From contig CAZXJV010000003.1 in assembly GCA_964641135.1 (NCBI GenBank), forward strand, positions 2,418 through 66,417: 64,000 nt of DNA, given 5' to 3'. This document shows positions 57,948 to 64,000 of this stretch, one piece after another. Source of the stretch: an uncultured Treponema sp. (GTDB lineage Bacteria > Spirochaetota > Spirochaetia > Treponematales > Treponemataceae). The notes under the pieces are model-generated. The model saw only the letters and a program-made list of their open reading frames with translations. It was not told the origin of the DNA and did not search any database. Position 1 is the stretch's first letter; each line of letters begins with the position of its first letter. The position numbers and the translations under genes were made by a program.

Positions 57948-58949
57948 ATGAAAAAGCTCGCTCTGTTCGTCGCTGTTGTTTTGCTGGTCTCCATTACCGG
58001 CCTGTTTGCCGATGATGCAAAGGTCCTTCCGTCCCGTGTCATCCGCCTGACCACCGCCCCTACCTACATATTCACCACCGGTGAGTATGATGATAAGGGA
58101 AAATTCCATGAAAAAAAATCAGGGGAAGGCAATGCACAAGCCTTTAATCTGGGTTTCGCTCTTGAGTATGGTGTTAATGACTTTATCAGTGCTGCCGTTC
58201 AATGGGCACCGGGCTGGACATTGTGGTCAGAGGTTGATACTGATGAGTATCCGCAGAAGGTAAATGTTAATGGTCTGTTTGATCTATTTGCAGGAGCAAA
58301 AATTCAGCTGGTAGGTTCTGCTGCCCCTGTTAAAAGTGACACCATCCGTCTTGCAATTGCCCCTGGTGTAAAGATTCCCATGCCCGGAGTTGACTTTAAG
58401 GCGCAGGGTGATAAGGCGATGTACGGTCAGGATTTTACAGGTTCCGAACTTGAAAAACATGCCTGGGGCTTTGGCGGTCGCTTCTATACAGATTTTATTC
58501 TGTCAGAAGCTTTTTACATAAATGTATATGCTGAATACATTCAGTACCTTGAGCGAAAAGGTGTTGTGTTAATGCCGGTACCATCGATGATGGCTGGAAT
58601 GGCGACAGTTGATGTAAACTATGGCTACGACCTGACCTTTGAGTTGGAGCCGCATTTTGATGCATCTCTTGGTGATGGTATCATATTTGGTGCCGGCGTA
58701 CCTTTGCGGTACAAGATGGCTCCGGCAACGAAAGCAAAAGGGCTTATGAAAGACCTATATTTTGAAAATGATATTTTAAATTCCAAATCTACCTCAACCT
58801 TAAGTATTTCCCCAAGCATCAATTTCTTCTTCATGAAAGCATTTATTCCTACAGAGATCGGGGTGAATTATAACATTCCGCTGTATGGAACAAGCAGCAC
58901 CGCTGCACATTCTGTCACCCTGAAAATCAAGAACTATATGAAGTTCTAA
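57948..58949 (+). CDS. hypothetical outer-membrane beta-barrel protein
   Basis: AAGGAGG RBS and signal peptide MKKLALFVAVVLLVSITGLFA. Alternating amphipathic strands, with a C-terminal aromatic residue (…KNYMKF) typical of OMPs. Confidence 0.65.
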   Translation: MKKLALFVAVVLLVSITGLFADDAKVLPSRVIRLTTAPTYIFTTGEYDDKGKFHEKKSGEGNAQAFNLGFALEYGVNDFISAAVQWAPGWTLWSEVDTDEYPQKVNVNGLFDLFAGAKIQLVGSAAPVKSDTIRLAIAPGVKIPMPGVDFKAQGDKAMYGQDFTGSELEKHAWGFGGRFYTDFILSEAFYINVYAEYIQYLERKGVVLMPVPSMMAGMATVDVNYGYDLTFELEPHFDASLGDGIIFGAGVPLRYKMAPATKAKGLMKDLYFENDILNSKSTSTLSISPSINFFFMKAFIPTEIGVNYNIPLYGTSSTAAHSVTLKIKNYMKF

Positions 58950-58973
58950 GCTGAAGAGTGTATGACGAACAAT

Positions 58974-59000
58974 GCCGCCCGGGAGGGCGGCTTTATTTTA
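58974..59000 (+). terminator. intrinsic terminator downstream of the OMP gene
   Basis: GCCGCCC-GGGA-GGGCGGC followed by TTTATTTTA. Confidence 0.8.
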
Positions 59001-59036
59001 CTTGAAATGACCAGGAAAAGGTCTTATAGTAGTCAT

Positions 59037-59279
59037 ATGAAGACTATTTCTGTTTCGCAACTAAAGGCTCATCTCAGTTCAGAGTTAAAGCTGGTGCAAG
59101 AGGGTGTTGAGGTAGTTGTTCTTGATCACAGGCATCCTGTGGCAAAGATTGTTCCCTTTGATGCCGCTTCTTTGTATATACGGGAAGCAACAGTACCATA
59201 TACCTTTGAGCCTCTTGAAGCCCTTACAAATCACGACCCCTTACAAGCACTTGATATGGAAAGACAGATATCCTTGTAA
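59037..59279 (+). CDS. Phd/YefM-type antitoxin-like protein (80 aa), no adjacent toxin gene
   Basis: MKTISVSQLKAHLSSELKLVQEGVEVVVLDHRHPVAKIVP matches the Phd/YefM N-terminal pattern. The next gene is convergent and begins 1 nt after the stop. Confidence 0.6.
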   Translation: MKTISVSQLKAHLSSELKLVQEGVEVVVLDHRHPVAKIVPFDAASLYIREATVPYTFEPLEALTNHDPLQALDMERQISL

Positions 59280-60497
59280 TCAGCTTCCTTTTACAAGTCG
59301 GGCGAGTTGGGCGCCCCGTTCGCGGAGGAGGTCCAGATCTTCGGATGAGGGAAGACCCTGCCACTCTACCGGCTCTATGCTGTCCCATTTCAGACTTTCA
59401 ATCTTTTCTTCATATTCTTTTTTAGCACCGCCAACCCAGCCCCAGCTGCCCAGACGCAGCGCCTTCTTGCCGGTAAAATGCTTGCGCTGAAACAGATCCA
59501 GGATATGGGCCATGGGCGGGAACATCTTGTACTCATAGGTCGGCATGGCAAGTACCAGACCTGCCGCTTTGTAGGCATCAGCAAGAACGAAGGAGGCATC
59601 AGTATCCGGAATCTGATGAATCGTACAGGGGACACCCTCAGATGCAATCCCTTCCAGAACTGCATCTACTCCCTGCCTCGTGTACCCGTACATGGAACCC
59701 CAGATAACGCATATCTCTTTTTCGCAAGGAGTGGTCCCGGTATTATACCCGGCATAACGCGCGTAACGATTGATGATTTCGGACGGCTTGGTACGCCAGA
59801 TAATACCGTGACTGGGGGCGACCACCTTGACCGGAAGACCTCCCAGCTGTGCCAGCGCCTTTGTCACAAAGGTTGAAAAACTGGCTACAATGTTGGCGTA
59901 GTACCGCAGCGATTCAGCTTCATAAAAAGCATGTTCCTGGGCGTTGAACTGGTCATCAAAAATTCGCTCTCCCAGTTTGCCGTATGAACCAAAGCCATCG
60001 CAGGAAAAAAGAATACCGTTTACACGGTCAAAACTCATCATGGTTTCAGGCCAGTGGATGTTAGGGGTTTCAAAGAATTCCAGAACAGGTCCGCCCAGAT
60101 CAAGTGTGTCGCCTGTTTTTACCTGACGCAGGTTGTTCGGTATCTTGAAGAATTTTTCCACCATGGCAATACCCTTCGGTGTCGAAATGATCTGTACATC
60201 GGGATTTCGCCTGCGAATCTCGGTTATATAGGCTGTGTGATCCGGCTCAAGATGGTTCAAAACCAGGTAATCAATGTCCTCGAAGCGGCTGCCTGCCTCG
60301 GCAAGCTGGGTTTCGAACTGGCTTATGGAGCCGGCCCAGTCTTTTGCCAGATCTATAAGGGCTGTTTTTTCGCCTTTCAGCAGGTATGAGTTAAGGGTTA
60401 CCCCGTGCGGAATGGGCCAGATGCCCTCAAAACGGGTATCAGTAGTAATATCTGCATGTATAGCCCATACGTTGGAAGCTATCTCGTGAGCGTGCAT
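59280..60497 (-). CDS. FprA-family flavodiiron protein (O2/NO reductase)
   Basis: The metallo-beta-lactamase-like domain carries HLEPDHT di-iron ligands. The C-terminal flavodoxin-like domain includes WGSMYGYT. Confidence 0.9.
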   Translation of the reverse strand: MHAHEIASNVWAIHADITTDTRFEGIWPIPHGVTLNSYLLKGEKTALIDLAKDWAGSISQFETQLAEAGSRFEDIDYLVLNHLEPDHTAYITEIRRRNPDVQIISTPKGIAMVEKFFKIPNNLRQVKTGDTLDLGGPVLEFFETPNIHWPETMMSFDRVNGILFSCDGFGSYGKLGERIFDDQFNAQEHAFYEAESLRYYANIVASFSTFVTKALAQLGGLPVKVVAPSHGIIWRTKPSEIINRYARYAGYNTGTTPCEKEICVIWGSMYGYTRQGVDAVLEGIASEGVPCTIHQIPDTDASFVLADAYKAAGLVLAMPTYEYKMFPPMAHILDLFQRKHFTGKKALRLGSWGWVGGAKKEYEEKIESLKWDSIEPVEWQGLPSSEDLDLLRERGAQLARLVKGS

Positions 60498-60585
60498 AGT
60501 GCACCTCCATAGTCATAATTTTTATCAGCATACCAAACCTGCAGACTTTTTCCAACAGGTCAAAATAGGGTACACTGTCACACAC

Positions 60586-61575
60586 ATGAAACTGATTCTT
60601 GCACCTATGGCTACATTGACCCATGAAGCATTCCGGATGATCGTTCACCGCTTTGCCGATCCTGACGAATATTTTTCTGAAATGATACACGCACCCAGCT
60701 ATCTGAATGGCGGGCCTTTTGAATCTTTTTATGTACGCAGTGATCCATCGCCAGAGCGGATGGTATGGCAGTTGACCGGCCCTGCCGCTCCGGCATTGGC
60801 GGAATGTGCCCGCCGCATGACGTCACTTGGTGGTATTGGTGTCGATCTAAATATGGGATGCTCTGCACCGGACATTGTCCGCACCGGGGCAGGCGCTGCC
60901 TGGTTGCATAAGGACCCTTCCGAGGTTGATACCCTGATACGTTCAGTACGGTCTGCCCTTGACAGTGAGTCTGCGGCTGGCGGAGCATTCTTGCGGCTTT
61001 CGGTCAAGCTGCGGATCGGTGAAACAGAAGACTATTCCCGGCTGCGCGATTTTTGCCGCCGGTTGATAGATGGCGGGGTGGAGCTGATAACCCTTCATCC
61101 CCGTTTGCGGAACGAAAAACTGCGCGGGGCTGCCCGCTGGAACTATGTCGCGGATCTTGCCCGTGATTTACCGGTTCCGGTCTATGGCAACGGGGATATA
61201 TCCAGTGCAGCGGACGCCCGTAATCGCTTTGAACAGCACAAACCTGCCGGTATTATGATCGGGCGGCAGGCACTGATTCATCCCTGGATTTTCCGCGATT
61301 ATTACACTCCCGGTATTACCGGGCCGCAGTATAATTCAGGTGAACCGGTTGATCATCAGGAACTGCTCGTGTATTTTTTGACTGAACTGAAAGAACGACA
61401 GCCTCCCGCCTTTTTTATGAGCCGGGCTGTGCGCTATATTGGCTGGTACAGCCGGAATTTTCGCTTTGCGCATCATCTTGCAAGCAGGGTGCGCAACTGT
61501 CCTGATGCCAAATCCATAATCGATGCCTTGATGCGGTATTTTGATGATGTCCCGTCCGACAGGTTCGGCGGTTAG
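60586..61575 (+). CDS. tRNA-dihydrouridine synthase
   Basis: MKLILAPMATLTHEAFR, DLNMGCSAP (catalytic Cys) and ITLHPR are Dus-family motifs. Confidence 0.88.
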   Translation: MKLILAPMATLTHEAFRMIVHRFADPDEYFSEMIHAPSYLNGGPFESFYVRSDPSPERMVWQLTGPAAPALAECARRMTSLGGIGVDLNMGCSAPDIVRTGAGAAWLHKDPSEVDTLIRSVRSALDSESAAGGAFLRLSVKLRIGETEDYSRLRDFCRRLIDGGVELITLHPRLRNEKLRGAARWNYVADLARDLPVPVYGNGDISSAADARNRFEQHKPAGIMIGRQALIHPWIFRDYYTPGITGPQYNSGEPVDHQELLVYFLTELKERQPPAFFMSRAVRYIGWYSRNFRFAHHLASRVRNCPDAKSIIDALMRYFDDVPSDRFGG

Positions 61576-61586
61576 CGGGATTACAG

Positions 61587-62219
61587 TCAGATCCGGGGAA
61601 AAAGTTCCTGAAAACGTTCCAGGACGACCCCGCTGGCACTGCTTGCGTCAATATCCACAAGTATTTTTTTTGTGCGGTAGTGTGCGATCAAGGGTTCAGT
61701 CTGCGAGCGGTAAATCTCAAGCCGGCGGGAAATCGAATCCATCCGGTCCTCTGCACGGGTAATCAGTTCCCCGCCGCAACCGTCGCACACACCGGTTTTT
61801 CCGGGAGGCATGAACTCAATGTGATAGTTTCGTTTGCACTGACTGCATATTCGTCGTCCGGACAGGCGTTTGATGATAAGTTGATCGGTTACAGAAAAGT
61901 TTACTGCCCAATCGCACTTCAGAATATCCTCCAGCGCTACAGCCTGTGGAATGGTTCGTGGAAAACCGTCCAATATGAACCCGTTTTTTACATCTTCCTG
62001 AGCAAGACGCTCTTTAACCAGTTCAATAGTCAGTTCATCGCCAACCAGTTGCCCGTTGTCAATCATCGCCTGAACCTTAACCCCAAGAGGAGATTTATCA
62101 CTGATCGCCTTGCGGAATATCTCTCCGGTGGCAATATGAGGCAGATTGTAGGTTTCTGCTATCAGGGCTGCCAGAGTTCCCTTTCCGGCTCCCGGCGGGC
62201 CCAAAAAGATCAGTTTCAA
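61587..62219 (-). CDS. adk: adenylate kinase (zinc-lid type)
   Basis: GPPGAGKGT P-loop, with a lid of CSQCKRNYH...CDGCGG (four Cys). TTG start with AAGGAG 7 nt upstream. Confidence 0.95.
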   Translation of the reverse strand: MKLIFLGPPGAGKGTLAALIAETYNLPHIATGEIFRKAISDKSPLGVKVQAMIDNGQLVGDELTIELVKERLAQEDVKNGFILDGFPRTIPQAVALEDILKCDWAVNFSVTDQLIIKRLSGRRICSQCKRNYHIEFMPPGKTGVCDGCGGELITRAEDRMDSISRRLEIYRSQTEPLIAHYRTKKILVDIDASSASGVVLERFQELFPRI

Positions 62220-62325
62220 ATACTACTCCTTGAGCAGGGTGCTCGCTAGTAAAGGGTTTTCACAACCACCTGAAACAGGCAGGGGACCCTGTACAAATCT
62301 GATGTTCAGGATCCCCATACGTTTT

Positions 62326-62649
62326 TTATTTAAAGCCGAACAACTTCTTTTTCTCTTTGACTGCAGTGCAATAGGCGGCTTCTGCCGGCACCGGTGAATA
62401 TTCCGGTTTAAGCATGAACAGTTCCTGTTTTTTCCGACAATGGGTGCACATAGGAATGGAATAGGTTGCAGTGTCAGTACTGTTTGCCTTTTGTACAAAG
62501 CTGATTCCTTCAGCCATGTAAAAGCAATCCTGCACTGCACATTTTTCTACCGTACCATGCGAATATGCTTCCCAGTGTTTTTCCCAGGATCCACAGGAAC
62601 ACTCCGAAGCAGCCGGGGCCGTAGCATTCTTGTATTGCAATAAACTCAT
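62326..62649 (-). CDS. small Cys-rich (zinc-ribbon-like) protein, unknown function
   Basis: CSCGSWEKHW...CAVQDC...CTHC gives six Cys plus His arranged as paired ligands. The ATG at 62649 is preceded by AGGGGGG. An alternative start lies at 62682. Confidence 0.55.
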   Translation of the reverse strand: MSLLQYKNATAPAASECSCGSWEKHWEAYSHGTVEKCAVQDCFYMAEGISFVQKANSTDTATYSIPMCTHCRKKQELFMLKPEYSPVPAEAAYCTAVKEKKKLFGFK

Positions 62650-62698
62650 GTAACCCCCCTGTACAGAACAGTATAAGGGCAATTCGTTGAAAATGCCA

Positions 62699-62731
62699 AC
62701 AAAAAACCCGCCGAACGAATCGGCGGGTTTT
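62699..62731. terminator. bidirectional intrinsic terminator
   Basis: AAAAAA-ACCCGCCGA-ACGAA-TCGGCGGGT-TTTT. The U-run is stronger on the minus strand, downstream of the 62754-63140 gene. Confidence 0.8.
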
Positions 62732-62753
62732 AAATACAGGCTGTCAGGTTTTG

Positions 62754-63140
62754 CTACTCAAAAATTATTGTCGCGCCGCGTAATATCCGGTAAATCTTGT
62801 AATTCTTCTTACCATCTTCCTTTAAGGAGAATGTGAACGTTACCGGTCCTGCTCCTGTTACAGTAGCAGTGTTTCCGCTCATTACCGGCCCGATAAGTTC
62901 GAGATAGGTATCCATGTTAGTTTCCCAAAAACCTGCATCTGCTGTATTATAAGCCGAGGCATCCGGGTGGGTATGTTTTTTGAGCTCTGACCATTTTTCT
63001 GCATTGGCATCAGCAATAAACAGGATCATGCGGTCCCGGGCACTAATGGGAATGATGTCATCGCAGGCGGTAAACAACACCAGGGTTAACCCTATCAAAA
63101 GTGCGGTTATAAGACCTGTTTTAATCAGTGCGTTCTTCAT
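62754..63140 (-). CDS. hypothetical lipoprotein (128 aa)
   Basis: AAGGAG RBS. MKNALIKTGLITALLIGLTLVLFTACDD carries a lipobox (FTAC). Confidence 0.65.
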   Translation of the reverse strand: MKNALIKTGLITALLIGLTLVLFTACDDIIPISARDRMILFIADANAEKWSELKKHTHPDASAYNTADAGFWETNMDTYLELIGPVMSGNTATVTGAGPVTFTFSLKEDGKKNYKIYRILRGATIIFE

Positions 63141-63156
63141 GTTAAGGCTCCTTGTA

Positions 63157-64000
63157 TCAGTAATCGTTTTCATTCAGTTCAGGCACGATAAGACGTTCGT
63201 ATTCGGCAAGTATGGCGGTATGAAGATCAAAGAATTCTGTTACCTCCGGCGGCCGGTTCAACGGATATCGGCTCTTAAGCTCCATGTACATGTTTGAAAG
63301 GCAGTAGCGCCTCATTCCCAGATAGTTCAGGGCCCAGTAGCGTATGTTCAGGATAAGGGCAGATCGTCTGTCCTGAATCGGGAACAGTTTTTCTTCCTGA
63401 TAGCGTTTAATTGCGTCTTGATCTTCCGCTGATAAAAGATCCCGGTACCCGGCTGAAATTGCCCGCCACTCAGCTGTCGCCTGGTCATAGTCCGGTTTCA
63501 GGGCTTCAAGCTCGCGGTAAAACACATTCAAGCGGGAGTTTACCGCCTTGATACCTGCTACCGGATCTGCAAAGAATTCGTCCATCCGGCCTGTGTTCCA
63601 GCTTGAAAAATCAAGCTCCTTACCCAGCCACACGATTTTTTCTCCGGGCGCCTTTCCCGGTTCAACATCAACAGCCTCATTTGCATACAGGGTTACGGTT
63701 TCGCCCTGTGCTTCAATATCTACAACACCTTCAATGACCGCAAGCATTACCGCACCGTCACGCCCAGCGAACACCGTAAACTCGGTACCCCGAACGCCGG
63801 CAACTGCGCTGTTGGTCTGGATGACCGGTCCCTGTCCGGTAGAGCGGGCCAGTTTATAGGTAACGCTTCCGGCTGTTGTTGCAAGCACCGGACGGGCAGA
63901 TGACCCGGTGCCGACGCTTGAATAATTGAACACTGTATTCTGGGCAACACGGATGGTGCTGCCGTTTTCCAGTCGCAGCTCTGCAAGACCGTCCCTGCCT
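63157..64000 (-). CDS. FecR-domain protein, 5' end beyond the window
   Basis: The frame stays open to position 64000 (…ELRLENGSTIRVAQNTVFNY…). GVRGTEFTV is the FecR-domain signature. Confidence 0.7.
   Translation of the reverse strand, partial: GRDGLAELRLENGSTIRVAQNTVFNYSSVGTGSSARPVLATTAGSVTYKLARSTGQGPVIQTNSAVAGVRGTEFTVFAGRDGAVMLAVIEGVVDIEAQGETVTLYANEAVDVEPGKAPGEKIVWLGKELDFSSWNTGRMDEFFADPVAGIKAVNSRLNVFYRELEALKPDYDQATAEWRAISAGYRDLLSAEDQDAIKRYQEEKLFPIQDRRSALILNIRYWALNYLGMRRYCLSNMYMELKSRYPLNRPPEVTEFFDLHTAILAEYERLIVPELNENDY

Noticed and set aside
59116-59490. 124-aa plus-strand ORF overlapping the antitoxin gene, considered as the missing toxin
   Set aside because: Most of it is antisense to the flavodiiron gene. 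Its translation is Ser/Arg/Pro-rich and resembles no toxin family.
1-64000. Genomic island, prophage, defence island, CRISPR-Cas or restriction-modification system
   Set aside because: I recognised no integrase, transposase, phage structural, cas, restriction or known defence-system genes in any frame. Gene content is housekeeping with uniform composition, apart from the short spacer at 27.4-27.7 kb.

Overview
This 64-kb window looks like compact, core bacterial chromosome. It is roughly 50-55% G+C by eye and about 90% coding. The gene content fits a Spirochaetota (Treponema/Spirochaeta-like) genome, although that assignment is inference only. Supporting content includes a ~1170-aa membrane-anchored coiled-coil protein, carD-ispD-ispF, a methyl-accepting chemotaxis protein, several c-di-GMP enzymes, and secreted, lipoprotein and OMP-like genes of unknown function.

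I call 56 CDS. The confident ones are ispF, ispD, carD, thrS, asnB, carAB, glnA, a DEAD-box helicase, metF and an activation-domain-less metH, an RqcH/NFACT-like protein, potABCD, azlCD, rplM-rpsI, recX, gpmI, a flavodiiron protein, dus and adk.

I found no rRNA, tRNA, CRISPR array, transposase, integrase, prophage or recognisable defence gene. I therefore cannot point to a clear novel multi-gene system. The best leads are:
1. A full T-box-type leader in front of thrS, with an atypical expression platform.
2. A TetR gene flanked by seven copies of a TACCGGT(A/C)GGTA-core palindrome. Three of them sit at exact 36-bp phasing in front of a GH13 gene.
3. A perfect 20-bp-stem intrinsic terminator inside the asnB leader.
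4. potABCD followed after 15 nt by a cytoplasmic PAS-GGDEF-EAL gene.
5. The rplM-rpsI terminator, whose loop contains the recX start codon.
6. A four-gene MFS plus three secreted-unknowns operon.
7. Small orphan genes: a Phd/YefM antitoxin without a toxin, and a Cys-rich zinc-ribbon-like protein.

All functional calls rest on my reading of the translated ORFs and motifs. No database search was run.
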